NCBI GenBank assembly: GCA_964016885.1
Contig: OZ024752.1
Span: 46,438,001 to 46,502,000 of the forward strand
Source: Eledone cirrhosa
Taxonomy: Eukaryota
DNA: 64,000 bases
Direction of reading: 5' to 3'
Shown piece after piece: positions 1-14,709 of the stretch. The notes under the pieces are model-generated. The model saw only the letters and a program-made list of their open reading frames with translations. It searched no databases and was not told where the DNA came from. Within the stretch, counting starts at the first letter, position 1. Every line of letters starts with the position of its first letter. The position numbers were made by a program, and so were the translations under genes.

Positions 1-145
1 ACATATACACACACACACACACACATATATAATCTGGAGGTAGTTGATCAGTAACGTGATATTGTGTTCAATGGTAATTATTATAGACAGACGTCATTGG
101 ATTTTATAGTGGTATTGTGATAACATGGTGATGGTGGTGGTGGGG

Positions 146-1445
146 GTAGCGGTTGTGGTGGAGTGGGGGGTAGTTGTTGTGGTGGAAAGGGGGGTAGCGG
201 TTGTGGTGGAGTGGGGGTAGTGGTGGGGGATAGTGGTAGTGGGGGTAGTTGTTGTGGTGGAAAGGGGGGTAGCGGTTGTGGGGGAGTGGGGCGTAGTGGT
301 GGGGGATAGTGGTAGTGGGGGTAGTTGTTGTGGTGGAAAGGGGGGTAGTGGTTGTGGGGGAGTGGGGCGTAGTGGTGGGGGATAGTGGTAGTGGGGGTAG
401 TTGTTGTGGTGGAAAGGGGGGTAGTGGTTGTGGGGGAGTGGGGCGTAGTGGTGGGGGATAGTGGTAGTGGGGGGGTAGTTGTTGTGGTGGAAAGGGGGGT
501 AGCGGTTGTGGTGGAGTGGGGGTAGTGGTGGGGGATAGTGGTAGTGGGGGTAGTTGTTGTGGTGGAAAGGGGGGTAGTGGTTGTGGTGGAGTGGGGGTAG
601 TGGTGGGGGATAGTGGTAGTGGGGGGTAGTTGTTGTGGTGGAAAGGGGGGTAGTGGTTGTGGTGGAGTGTGGGGTAGTGGTGGGAGATAGTGGTAGTGGG
701 GGGTAGTTGTTGTGGTGGAAAGGGGGGTAGTGGTTGTGGTGGAGTGTGGGGTAGTGGTGGGGGATAGTGGTAGTGGGGGGTAGTTGTTGTGGTGGAAAGG
801 GGGGTAGTGGTTGTGGTGGAGTGTGGGGTAGTGGTGGGAGATAGTGGTAGTGGGGGGTAGTTGTTGTGGTGGAAAGGGGGGTAGTGGTTGTGGTGGAGTG
901 GGGGGTAGTGGTGGGGGATAGTGGTAGTGGGGGTAGTTGTTGTGGTGGAAAGGGGGGTAGTGGTTGTGGGGGAGTGGGGCGTAGTGGTGGGGGATAGTGG
1001 TAGTGGGGGGTAGTTGTTGTGGTGGAAAGGGGGGTAGTGGTTGTGGTGGAGTGGGGGTAGTGGTGGGGGATAGTGGTAGTGGGGGGTAGTTGTTGTGGTG
1101 GAAAGGGGGGTAGTGGTTGTGGTGGAGTGTGGGGTAGTGGTGGGGGCTAGTGGTAGTGGGGGGTAGTTGTTGTGGTGGAAAGGGGGGTAGTGGTTGTGGT
1201 GGAGTGGGGGGTAGTGGTGGGGGCTAGTGGTAGTGGGGGGTAGTTGTTGTGGTGGAAAGGGGGGCAGTGGTTGTGGTGGAGTGGGGGTAGTGGTGGGGGA
1301 TAGTGGTAGTGGGGGTAGTTGTTGTGGTGGAAAGGGGGGTAGTGGTTGTGGTGGAGTGTGGGGTAGTGGTGGGGGATAGTGGTAGTGGGGGGTAGTTGTT
1401 GTGGTGGAAAGGGGGGTAGTGGTTGTGGTGGAGTGGGGGGTAGTG
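146..1445. repeat. G/T-rich minisatellite, ~76-78-bp unit
   Basis: Unit tagtggtagtgggggtagttgttgtggtggaaaggggggtagtggttgtggtggagtgggggtagtggtggggga. Confidence 0.95.
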
Positions 1446-1770
1446 GTTATGGTGGAGTGGTTGTAATGGTGGTGGGGGGAGAGGTGTGGGCGGTAGTGGT
1501 GGGGGCTGGTGATTGTAGGGTGAGGGGGAGGCGGGGAGGGGGGGGGGGGGGGGGGGGTAACGGAGGTAGTAGTAGAAATAGTTGTGGGGGTGGTGGTTAT
1601 GGTGGTGGTAGCCGGTGTAGAGATGGTGGTAATAGTGATGGTGATGGTAGTAGTGATGGCAATAGTAAGTAGTTGTGGTGGTGATGGTGGCGATGGGGGT
1701 GATGAGAGATGTTGTCCTTCGTAGACACAACAATTCTTTCCTTTGGGGCTTGCTTTTTATCATTTATATT

Positions 1771-1898
1771 GCTTCTGAAGATGTACAATACTTGATGATG
1801 TTTTGTTATCTTTCAATACATTCTCCTCTCCCTTTTTTACTATAGTGTTAAAACGAATACATTAGTTAAAATAATTTGTATTGAAACAATTGTAAAGT
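1771..1898 (+). ncRNA. Type I hammerhead ribozyme motif with ~100-nt stem II insertion
   Basis: gctt-CTGAAGA(1775)-t.gtacaa...ttgtat.t-GAAA(1883)-caattg (palindromic stem III)-TA-aagt. Stem I is only about 4 bp. Confidence 0.55.
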
Positions 1899-1961
1899 TT
1901 TTTAATGATTTAAGAAATCTATTCTATCATCTTTATTTGTTGTATATACTCAGTGTTATTG

Positions 1962-2033
<72 letters not shown>

Positions 2034-2106
2034 TGTGTGTGTATAACTCGCGTTACCAACCAACAAACGTAATGAAGGAGTAACCAATTGTCCTTGTTAT
2101 TTTATT

Positions 2107-2178
<72 letters not shown>

Positions 2179-2197
2179 TATACATATATATATATGC

Positions 2198-2370
<173 letters not shown>

Positions 2371-2481
2371 TTTACATATATATATATATTTACATATATA
2401 TATAAATATTTACATATATATATATATATTTACATATATATATAAATATTTACATATATATATATATATATACATATACAT

Positions 2482-2551
<70 letters not shown>

Positions 2552-2957
2552 ATGTGTGTGAGTGTGTGTGTAAGCATGTGTGCGTATGTATGTGTGTGTC
2601 TGTGAGTGTGTCTGTGAGTGTGTGTGAGTGTGAGTGTGTATGTATTATGTGTGTGTGTGTATGTACGTAAGCTAACTTCCCGCCCAGACCGTCCACCTAA
2701 TTGTATGAACTGGAACAGACGTCATTGGAATCAACGAAAGTTCTAGAAGCAACAAATCATAAAACAGTAGGCGGCTGGTGGTGGTGGGGCATGATTTGAG
2801 GAAGATGTGGCTGTTGTATTTGTTGGTCGGGTAGGTGGGCGGTTTGTTTAGCTCTTATTAAAGTTAGTTAGCTAAACAGGTAAGTTATCTAGATAGGTAG
2901 ATGTAATAATCAGCCAGACACACAGACAGAGAGATTTGAAACGCTGTCCCGCCTACT

Positions 2958-2992
<35 letters not shown>

Positions 2993-3173
2993 CGCTCGCT
3001 CGCTCTCTCTCACTCTCTCCCTCTCTCTCTCTGACTGTCTCTTTCAGTCTCTCTTTCTCTCTCTCTCTCTCTCTGACTGTCTCTTTCAGTCTCTCTTTCT
3101 CTCTCTCTCTCTCTCTGACTGTCTCTTTCAGTCTCTCTTTCTCTCTCTCTCTCTCTCTGACTGTCTCTTTCAG

Positions 3174-3232
<59 letters not shown>

Positions 3233-3266
3233 TCAGTCGCTCTCTCTTTTTTCAGTCTCTCTCTTT

Positions 3267-3326
<60 letters not shown>

Positions 3327-3334
3327 ATCTCTTT

Positions 3335-3378
<44 letters not shown>

Positions 3379-3443
3379 CTCGCTCTCTCTCCACACACAC
3401 ATACACACACACACACACTCATACCGGTACACACAATAGTTAT

Positions 3444-3479
3444 TGACGTCACAGCTATGACGTCACATCTATGACGTCA
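3444..3479. promoter_or_regulatory. Triple full CRE cluster
   Basis: TGACGTCA at 3444, 3458 and 3472 (14-bp period). Confidence 0.6.
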
Positions 3480-3977
3480 ATTCCCGCTAAAAGCATTGAT
3501 CACTGACCAGGAGGTAGTTCAACGGATATCCCTAATATGTCTCCTACCTGTAACCTAACGCATACATACATACATACACACATACACACACACACACACA
3601 CACAGTAACTCTCACATATACACATACATACACACACAAACACACTCACTCACACATACATTCACACACACACACATATACATACACACTCAACATAATT
3701 ACCTGTAATATATATGTATATATGTATGTATACATGTATGTATGTATGTGTGTGTATGTATGTATGTATGTATGTATATATGTATGTATGTATGTATATA
3801 TGTATGTATATAGGTATATATGTATGTATATATGTATGTATATATGTGTGTATATGTATATATGTATGTATGTATATATGTGTGTATATATATGTATGTA
3901 TGTATGTATGTACATATATATGTATATATGTATGTATATATATATGTATATATATATATGTATGCATGTATACATGC

Positions 3978-4010
<33 letters not shown>

Positions 4011-4266
4011 TGTATGTATGTATGTATGTATGTATGTATGTATGTATGTATGAATGTGCGTGAGTACACATGTATGTGTGTGTAAAACATACAGAAGGAG
4101 AGACAAGGAAGGTAAACAGAAGCAAATAAAGAGAACAATGAACGAAACATACAAACAAAATGGTGGATATTCCTTCATCAGCTGCCTCGGGGGGAGGATC
4201 ATAGCGATTTCGAACAATAACAGCGAGATCCTTTACTATATATATATTTATATATATATATACATA

Positions 4267-4513
4267 CTGTTGTACTTTGGGAGGGTCATGTTGCCAATAA
4301 GAAACACACGCACCAGTTGCTTTCACTTCAATTTATTATAATAAATTTATAAATTTAGGAATTTATAAATTTCCAGTTGGTTGGTTGGTTCCACAACCAG
4401 ATGGTTGTTTATATATTGTCAAAGTTCTTTCGTCACACATCTGTGACCTCTTCAGTGACTGGGGATTCTTTTCTTTGTTTTTTTTGTGCCTCTCCTTTGT
4501 TCTGTCCTACGCC

Positions 4514-4520
<7 letters not shown>
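4267..4520 (-). mobile_element. Family A hammerhead-bearing element (PLE pLTR-like)
   Basis: Near-identical to 27889-28150; flanked by (TA)n. Confidence 0.7.
4418..4459 (-). ncRNA. Hammerhead-like motif, family A
   Basis: Minus strand: gtca-CTGAAGA-g-gtcaca..tgtgac-GAAA-gaac-TT-tgac. Confidence 0.55.
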
Positions 4521-4567
<47 letters not shown>

Positions 4568-4956
4568 ACAACTAGAAATTGATTAACATATAAATAAACA
4601 TATGAAACAATCACAGGAGATAAATTTTGCGGGTGATATGGCGCATGCCTTTCTGGCATGACACCCATAATTTTGATTTAGATTAAATTCATTTTGATTT
4701 ATCTTACTTTTGGATATATATATATATATATCTATATGTGAAAGTATAAAGAAAAAAAGATGAAATTGAAAATGCAAATGGAGTCTTATTTTAAAAAATA
4801 TATATATATTTATTTGGTTCCTTTACCGGTTTCGCAGTTCTTCTGCTTTTCAAAAGTAGAGTTGAGATGGAGGGTCTGTGGTTTTTCTCACATCTGATAT
4901 ATATTAACGGCTGAGATACTTAAATTGAATTCTGAGAGTCTTGTTTGAAACAATTA

Positions 4957-5139
4957 TAATTGTTTCTACTTTGGCACAAGGCCAGCAATTACCCAGTGCA
5001 TTACTGGTACTTTATTTTATCGACGCCGTAAGGATGAAAGGGAAAGTTAACCTCGACGGGATTTGAACTCAGCCCTTAAAGGGACGAAACTATGCTGCAA
5101 AGCATGGCGTCCGACCCTCTACCGATACTGCCAATCCAC
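4957..5139 (-). mobile_element. tRNA-derived SINE family 1
   Basis: Consensus gtggattggcagtatcggtagagggtcggac...gagttcaaatcc (B box)...gttaactttgcctttcatccttacggggtcgataaaataaagtaccag...agtagaaacaatta. Confidence 0.85.
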
Positions 5140-5253
<114 letters not shown>

Positions 5254-5257
5254 TGAT

Positions 5258-5440
5258 AATAATTGTTTCTACTTTAGGCACAAGGCCAGCAATTACCCAG
5301 TGCATTACTGGTACTTTATTTTATCGACGCCGTAAGGATGAAAGGGAAAGTTAACCTCGACGGGATTTGAACTCAGCCCTTAAAGGGACGAAACTATGCT
5401 GTAAAGCATGGCGTCCGACCCTCTACCGATACTGCCAATC
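5258..5440 (-). mobile_element. SINE family 1, tandem duplicate of 4957-5139 separated by (AAT)n
   Basis: Shares private variants (cgacgccg, gggaaag) with the neighbouring copy. Confidence 0.85.
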
Positions 5441-5621
5441 TACCGCCCTCAATTGAAACAATTATAATATTATTAAATTTAAAAATGACTTTAAAGCCCA
5501 GACAATGCCTCTGATGAAATGTAACATAGTTTTTATAGAGAATCTTCAGTAGATATAAATACACGCACACACACACATACACACACATACACACACATAC
5601 ACACACACATATATATATTAT

Positions 5622-5662
<41 letters not shown>

Positions 5663-5670
5663 CACATATG

Positions 5671-5746
<76 letters not shown>

Positions 5747-5779
5747 CATATATATATATACACAAACACATATATATAT

Positions 5780-5828
<49 letters not shown>

Positions 5829-6171
5829 CGTTACAAAGATATTGCTAAATTAGATTAAAAATTTAATTTTCTTTTACATGGGAAACTTGAGTGAATATTG
5901 ATTATTTTAATTCATTAATGGTTCGATAATGAGAAAATACACGGTTGACACACTTCCCTCGGTCTTCTTCTTCTTCTTTTAATGATAGTTTATGGGGTAT
6001 GATTTAGTTAAGTATAGAGTTATACTATCTTTGGGTTAAAATAATTGAATATGTAATTTATGTTGATTTGATTACTATCAGAACTTACGAAAGAAAATAG
6101 TTGAACAGCTGTTGGAAACTGAATAGAAATGATGATGATGATGATGATGATGATGATACACACACACACAT

Positions 6172-6227
<56 letters not shown>

Positions 6228-6237
6228 ATATATATAA

Positions 6238-6367
6238 CAAAGAAAGTGTGGTAAGGAACCAGGTGGACCATAACCCACCAGAGTACTCGATACTTAGGGT
6301 GGTAGAGTGGGTAATAGGAAAAGAGTCACGACCCCGACGGCTGAGCTCCGGCCGTTTCGACAGCTAA
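6238..6367 (-). mobile_element. Family C copy
   Basis: gtggtaaggaaccaggtggaccataac...ccgtttcgacagctaa matches 16562-16680. Confidence 0.75.
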
Positions 6368-6505
6368 CATACTATGCAATGTAATATTCTTACATCTGCA
6401 CTAAACATTCATGGAAGATGCCGTCTCTTATATAACGGTAAGATGCTGCAAACATTAAAACAATATCTTCACGAAACATTGATCTAAGACGCCACAACAG
6501 CTTAA

Positions 6506-6969
6506 CCCTTTCGTGGCCGTTTTTATAATGAAATACACCGTATTTCAATTAATTAAGAAAGAATTTGGAGTGATTTACTAAAATTATTAATTGTTCAAAT
6601 TTTTTTTTATTTTTGACATCGACCATGTATGTAGGTTAAAGGTTTTGGAAGTATATAACATCTATGGTTATCTTAACAAGTGCGTGAGTGTGTTGATGCT
6701 CTGTCTCTCTTTCACTCACTGCCTCCGTCTCTCAATATCAGAAGCAAACGGGAGCTCACGCACTGGTCGTCGCCACGCCCTCTCCCGCCGGACGGAATAG
6801 AGAAGTCGTTTCCCCGGAGGATTGTTACATTGGTATTTGTAACAACTTTAAAGAAGGTGTTCTTATATCAAATTACGTTGGAAGATTTGATCTTAGATGG
6901 GAATCTTTTTAAATGAGTGCCTTTGTTTCACAGAAGCAGAAGTATTTTGGGTGGGTTACTTTGAAAGGG
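6506..6969. mobile_element. piggyBac-type non-autonomous element
   Basis: TTAA|CCCTTTC ... GAAAGGG|TTAA. Confidence 0.55.
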
Positions 6970-8115
6970 TTAAAGTCTTTCTTTATAAGGAAACTATGAA
7001 ACGATCAACTAAACAACTTTCAAATTTTACATGGAGATAAACTGGTTTGATTTTAGTCAATCACAGGTTTTTGTTGACGTCAGAGAATCAACACTATCAT
7101 ACTCTGAATTATCACACCCTCCATACATCTTTTTCCTCTCTTTCTCTCTCTGCCCCCCCCCCTCTCCATTTCTCTCCCTCTAGTTATCTACCTGTTTATC
7201 TCTCTTAACCTACTGGCCTTGTTTCCACCTGAAATAAATAAAAAAAATCCTATTGCTCGCCCTAATGCTGTCATATTATCATCACCAGCCTTCAGTACGA
7301 ATCTCCGCGCTTAACTGATATCCCTGAAAATATCTTCAAAACAAACATTTACAATGCCTCTGATTCAATTGTTACAAATGGAATTTTTATGACAACATAA
7401 TCTTACTAACTCTGATAAAGACTGGACCTCTATCTACACCTTATAGCCCAGAATTTCCAACACACTTACCAACTGAGCAGTGCTGCATTTAGGACAAATG
7501 AGGCCCTGAGCTAGTTAAGTTATGAGGCTCCTTTATTTGGTCCCTGAATGAAAAATTCATCGTAAAAAAATGTTTGGGGTAGGAAGATGGACCCCACCTT
7601 CCTGGCTAACACATAAGCAGAATGGTAAATACGGCACTGCAACTGAGACACCAGGGCTCCTGCCTTCTCTAATCTGTCCGCCGGAGCCATGGGGTGGCCA
7701 GCACGTGGGCCCCCATTTACTTATAATAGTGAGAGTCGGGGAGAGCGAGAGAGACAGAGGTAGTGACTATACCATCATTACTGAAGTATTTTGTAAAGAA
7801 TAATTGTATAAGAAAAAATGCGCCAGTTATTGACTATTAATATAGTTATTTGCATTGTGGCGACTATATTTTAAAATTTCAGTATTTAAAAAATTGAAAT
7901 GAATGAAAATTTTCTTTTAATTAAAAAAATAATAATTGAAGCGTTGAGTACAAATGTTCCAATAAGGTGGTGGTGTTATGAGAGAGAGAGTGTGTGGAGG
8001 GTGGAGAAGAGAGGGGGGGGGAGAAGAAGAAGAAGAAGAAGAAGAAGAAGAAGAAGAAGAAGAAGAAGAAGAAGAAGATATGGTATTAGTATTGGTGGCC
8101 TGAAATAGCGATGTA

Positions 8116-8320
8116 TACATGAATGTATGTACAGTATATTTGGCAATATACCGTATGTTTAATTAAAAACATTTAGAAGACCTTACGCTATCAGTTTTAA
8201 AGTAGTGACTACGTCACTTACTTCTTCAATTACTTTAAAACTAATAGCGAATAGTCTTCTAAATGTTTTTAATTAAACATACAGTATATTGCCAAATATA
8301 CTGTGCATACATTCATATAT
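8116..8320. repeat. Imperfect inverted repeat (~90-bp arms)
   Basis: atgaatgtatgtacagtatatttggcaatata... / ...tatattgccaaatatactgtgcatacattcat. Confidence 0.85.
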
Positions 8321-8676
8321 ATGGAGAGGGGGGGGGGCTGATGATGATGATGATGATGATGGTGTCGAAGAGAAGGAGGGGGTATTCAAGAAAAAAGACT
8401 CGAGAAGTCAGCAGCAGACTTAACACGTGATGGCATTAAATGTTCCAGTAAAAGAAGTGTTTTATCCAGAAAGATTGATACAATTTCTCCTCCATTTAAA
8501 AGAGGTTTTCAAAGTGAAATGAACGAAGCAGAAAATGGTGTTGCGTTGATTTGAAATTAATTTCAATTTTATTGTTTACGAGCGGACTGACAGACGGACG
8601 GATACGATACGTCTTTTATTTATAGATTTATAGATTTTTTTTTTCGTTTTTTTTTTAAACCGTTTTTTAGCTAGCT

Positions 8677-9590
8677 TAATTTACACCGTCCTGTGCCACA
8701 TGAAACTACATTAATTTACACCGTCCTGTGCCACATGAAACTACATTAATTTACACCGTCCTGTGCCACATGAAACTACATTAATTTACACCGTCCTGTA
8801 CCACATGAAACTACATTAATTTACACCGTCCTGTGCCACATGAAACTACATTAATTTACACCGTCCTGTGCCACATGATACTACATTAATTTACACCGTC
8901 CTGTGCCACATGAAACTACATTAATTTACACCGTTCTGTGCCACATGAAACTACATTAATTTACACCGTCCTGTGCCACATGAAACTACATTAATTTACA
9001 CCGTCCTGTGCCACATGAAACTACATTAATTTACACCGTCCTGTGCCACATGAAACTACATTAATTTACACCGTCCTGTACCACATGAAACCACATTAAT
9101 TTACACCGTCCTGTGCCACATGAAACTACATTAATTTACACCGTCCTGTGCCACATGAAACTACATTAATTTACACCGTCCTGTACCACATGAAACCGCA
9201 TTAATTTGTAACGTCCTGTACCACATGAAAGTACATTAATTTACACCGTCCTGTACCACGTGAAACGACATTAACTTATAACGTCCTGTACCACATGAAA
9301 CCACATTAATTTGTAACGTCCTGTACCACATGAAAGTACATTAATTTACACCGTCCTGTACCACATGAAACCACATTAACTTATAACGTCCTGTACCACA
9401 TGAAACCACATTAATTTGTAACGTCCTGTACCACATGAAAGTACATTAATTTACACCGTCCTGTACCACATGAAACCACATTAACTTATAACGTCCTGTA
9501 CCACATGAAACCACATTAATTTGTAACGTCCTGTACCACATGAAACCACATGAAGCTACATTAACTTATAACCTCCTGTACTGCATGAGA
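8677..9590. repeat. 35-bp minisatellite (~26 units)
   Basis: ttaatttacaccgtcctgtgccacatgaaactaca. Confidence 0.95.
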
Positions 9591-9621
9591 CCTACATACG
9601 TTTACTATAACAACAACGACG

Positions 9622-9689
<68 letters not shown>

Positions 9690-9956
9690 ATCAACAACAA
9701 CATCAATCGTTGATTAAAAAATTGGGAAATATTGTGTGAATATAGACAGATAGTAAACAAAGGTAGTGTATTGAAGGTGTTTGTAAGGGGTGGTGGGGGT
9801 GGGGACTGGTGGTGGCGGTGGGGGGACTGGTGTGTGTGGGAGGGGGGGGGACAATGGGGGAAATATATTCACAGCAATCAACAAGTGTGTATTTGAGTTA
9901 TTTGTGTTAGTTATAGAGTTAGGGAAGTTTGCCAACGAAAAAGTACAATGTATAGC

Positions 9957-10013
<57 letters not shown>

Positions 10014-10834
10014 ATTATATAAGTTAGCAAACTTATTAATTATTGAGGTCGATAAGCTCAACTAAATGAAAGCTGTGCTGCAGCAAGGCCACAGTCTTAT
10101 GTCGACAACTAAATGAAAGCTGTGCTGCGTGTACTGGGTGCGTTTTATTGGGGCAACGCTCCTATCACCTAACAGGGTAGACAAGAGTTATTTTTATCGT
10201 GGACCCCAGCACTACCATCTTTCAACCAAGTCTCTCGTTGGTGCGTCTTCGGCCAGGCTGGAGCAGCAGTGATATGGAGTGAGAGAAGATAAGCTACACG
10301 CTGCTTGCTGAAGGATAAGGCGAGGGAGAGAGAGAGAGAGAGAAACTTGGTCTTAATGAAGGACATTAAGCAGTATATAGTGAGGTGTACCCTACATTCT
10401 ATGTTGGTATGGGTTGAACAAAAGATGGAGATGAAGGGTAGATATTGAAGTAGGGGCAGACGGAATCGAATTTCGCTGTTTCTAAGATAGTTTTTTCCTC
10501 GTTTTGTCTACAGTGTAGACTACAATAACTATTACAATAAAATGTGAACCTTGTTAATATGAATAGAAAGAAATTGTTAGTTTTCAATACATTTGACCTT
10601 TTTTTTGTAAACCGGAACATAAGTTGACCTTCATTTTTTAAACCGGAACAAAACCAGTGGCTGTCTCGTCGTTTAAGACACGATAAGGTATCGTTTTTAC
10701 AAATCAAAAATAAAGTCAAGAATCACCGAAAATAAAGGCAAGAATCACCGACAATAAATGTTTTCTTTATCTTTTGGTCACAAATATTTCGGTAAAGATA
10801 ATGAGAGCAGCTAAATAAGTATTTCTTATATAGT

Positions 10835-11137
10835 CACAAGGCCAGCAATTACCCCAGTGTATTACTGGTACTTTATTTTATCGACCCCGTAAGGATGAAA
10901 GGCAAAGTTAACATCGGCGGGATTTGAACTCAGATCATAAAAAGCCGTAACTCTGTGCTGCAAAGCATGGCGTCCGAGAGCAACTAATTAATTGTTTCTA
11001 CTTTTGGCACAAGGCCAGCAATTACCCCAGTGTATTACTGGTAATTTATTTTATCGACCCCGTAAGGACGAAAGGCAAAGTTTACCTCGGCGGGATTTGA
11101 ACTCAGATCATAAGGGGCCGTAACTGTGTGCTGCAAA
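10835..11137 (-). mobile_element. Two tandem SINE family 1 copies (5'-truncated)
   Basis: 10835-10977 and 10988-11137. Confidence 0.8.
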
Positions 11138-11354
11138 GATAGATTGAGGGGACGGGCGGGTTGGAATTGGAAAAAATGTCTTTAGATAAAAATAACAGGT
11201 CCATTCATGTTGACATCTCTTGCAAAACTGTTGGTGCTGGCGTTTTGTGTATGATTAAACGTTAAGACCCTCTTCCTGCTATTTCAAGCAGCGTTAAACT
11301 AATATATTCCTTCCATATACTGTACCGATTGTGTTGTTATTTCTGTTTACCTTT

Positions 11355-11402
<48 letters not shown>

Positions 11403-11426
11403 TTTTTCTTATACACACACACACAC

Positions 11427-11597
<171 letters not shown>

Positions 11598-11627
11598 GTA
11601 TATATATTCAAATTTATATTTATATAA

Positions 11628-11673
<46 letters not shown>

Positions 11674-11710
11674 GTATATATATTCAAATTTATATTTATA
11701 TAAATATGTA

Positions 11711-11761
<51 letters not shown>

Positions 11762-11791
11762 GTATATATATTCAAATTTATATTTATATAA

Positions 11792-11859
<68 letters not shown>

Positions 11860-11896
11860 GTATATATATTCAAATTTATATTTATATAAATATGTA

Positions 11897-11965
<69 letters not shown>

Positions 11966-13096
11966 GTATGCGTGTATCTGTGTGCATGTGTGCTTGTACA
12001 TGCGTGTATGTGCGTGTGTGCACATGTATATATGTATGTGTGAAAGAAAGAGAGAGAGTGAATGTGAATGAGGGGGAAGATAAAAGAGGATGTTATTTTT
12101 TTTTACCTCCATTTTCCTTCACTATGGTATTTGTTGGGTTTATCTGTTAATTCGTGAATGCTTCCCTTTCATCTGTGAGTAATGGATGATTCACGAGATG
12201 TAGAGACCGTGTACGAGGAAAGGAAAAACCACAACGTTTATCTAATACCCAGTTTCACTGTTGATCATTATCTATTTATTATTTGGCTTTTAATCTAAAT
12301 GAAAACAATGATTAGATAGATTTACATGAAGAATTTACATGAAGGCTTTCAAAGAATACAGAAGATTGTTTGCGTTGGTAAACACTGGTTGTTATTCAAA
12401 ACGCATGGCAGTCTATACTTAGCGTTCTTTCAATTATTTTATTATATTCTTCTTCATTACACCATATTTGATTCTGTTCCATAATTTCCACCTTTTCGGT
12501 TTTTACCGTTCCTTGTTGTGTTTTTCGCTGGCAATTCAAACTTTAATACCCATCAGCGAGTGATTAGAATGAAAAATGAAAACAGCTTCCGGTTATCATG
12601 TTTATATCGCCCCATTTATGGTTCGCGGCAGATAATTTGTAGTTCTCCATGTATTATGAAAGGAATCCTTTATTTACTTGACAAATGAATTTATAACTCT
12701 TTAGAATTTTTAATATCTCGACTTATAAATCTTTAAATATCAGATTATAAAGATTTATAGTTTTAGAAAATCCATCATTAATTGGTGCCGACTTTTAAAG
12801 TTGCTTACAGCAATATTTCTTGAAAATCAATATTTAAGAAAAGAGAGAAATGAGAGAAGAGAAAAGAAAAATAATTTAAGATTCGATTTAGTCTTCTTAG
12901 TTCTGCAATTTCAACAAAAGACTTACAAAATAAAATACTTTTTAAAATATCTGTCCTCGTCAGAAAATGTCGTGATACGAACTGATTCGATAGAAATAAG
13001 TGAAACACAAGTCTTTCTCTTTACAGACATTAAGTCTTAAAATCCTGTACAAGACGAAACCGCATTGGTGCAAGTCATTCTTGGAAAGTACAAAGC

Positions 13097-13147
13097 GACT
13101 TTCCTGATGATTTCTTACCAATGAAACAGTTCTAGTCCTGTAGAAGT
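13097..13147 (+). ncRNA. Hammerhead motif, family D (diverged copy)
   Basis: ttc-CTGATGA(13104)-tttcttaccaat-GAAA-cag ttctagtc ctg-TA-gaag. Paralog of the 35350 copy. Confidence 0.6.
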
Positions 13148-13223
13148 TATTTCTATAATACTAACACATCGAGTACCTTTTTTTTTTAACTGTGATCACC
13201 TTCTGATATACATGGGAAATCGA

Positions 13224-13286
<63 letters not shown>

Positions 13287-13334
13287 GACGTAAAATAAGA
13301 AAATTATAAAAATTAACTTACTTACTAAAATTTC

Positions 13335-13417
13335 ACTCCAACTAATTAGTTTCTGAAAGGGAATAAACATGGTTTCCGAATGGAACCCATGGAGAAAGCC
13401 TTTCGTCATCAGGAAGT
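13335..13417 (-). ncRNA. Hammerhead motif with extended stem II
   Basis: Minus strand: acttc-CTGATGA-c.gaaagg...catgg.ttcc/ggaa.ccatg...cctttc.a-GAAA-ctaattag (palindrome)-TT-ggagt. Confidence 0.65.
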
Positions 13418-13565
13418 CTATTCTCAGGTAAGTTCCCAGGTGATGCGTGGACACAGGGAACTTATACAAAAATAATTCAGTGGATGGAAAAAAGCAAGCG
13501 TGGACTAAATTCCAAGACATTGAAAAAATCACTGCCTACTTGGTCGGTGGCAAATTCAAAAGAAT

Positions 13566-13609
<44 letters not shown>

Positions 13610-13616
13610 GGGAGGG

Positions 13617-13666
<50 letters not shown>

Positions 13667-13799
13667 TAGTATAATTTTCTCATCAAATGTGTCATTTGTC
13701 ATATTTCATATCAATGTTTCAAACTATTTTCTGCTGTGATTTAATGGGATTTAGATAAGCTATAGTTTTTTAAGAATAGTTTTTTCGATCAAACATCCA

Positions 13800-13896
<97 letters not shown>

Positions 13897-13960
13897 CCGA
13901 CTCTGGTCACTTTTTCTTTCATTTTCTTCTTGTACAAACCCACACAAATGCGCACACATG

Positions 13961-14006
<46 letters not shown>

Positions 14007-14082
14007 AAAGAACAGAAGAGCGTCTACAACATCAAAAAATTTTTTATTGGCTTACAATGTTTCTTCCTTACGTAACCGTATA

Positions 14083-14142
<60 letters not shown>

Positions 14143-14151
<9 letters not shown>

Positions 14152-14256
14152 ATATGTATGTGATGAAACACAGATACCAACACATCTGTATATATATTGC
14201 AATATATATACAGATGTGTTGGTATCTGTGTTTCATCACATACATATTAGTTTATA
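14143..14256. repeat. Perfect 114-bp palindrome
   Basis: Centred on ttgcaa (14197-14202); no spacer. Confidence 0.9.
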
Positions 14257-14319
14257 CACGGCTCAGTGGGTATTTTCATCCTTCGAGCTAATTCCATTGT
14301 AAAAGAATTAATTATCTTA

Positions 14320-14416
<97 letters not shown>

Positions 14417-14585
14417 AGAGAGAGAGGTGTGTGTGTGAGTGTAATACACTGGTAACACGGCCTTCCAGCATTCAGTTGTGGCATGGTTCAACGCCTGCAA
14501 GAGATACAAGCAACTTTCTTTTGTATCAAAGGTTTATATCCCCAGTTCAGTTCAACTGTATTATAGTTCATATATATATAGGGCC

Positions 14586-14636
14586 AGAAATAGCCGTCGA
14601 AACGGCTTGAGCTCTGCCGTCGGGGTCATACCTTTT

Positions 14637-14640
<4 letters not shown>
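14586..14640 (+). mobile_element. Family C fragment
   Basis: agaaatagccgtcgaaacggcttgagctctgccgtcggggtc. Confidence 0.7.
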
Positions 14641-14679
<39 letters not shown>

Positions 14680-14709
14680 AAATGTGTGTAATCCTTGGTA
14701 CAGTTAGGT

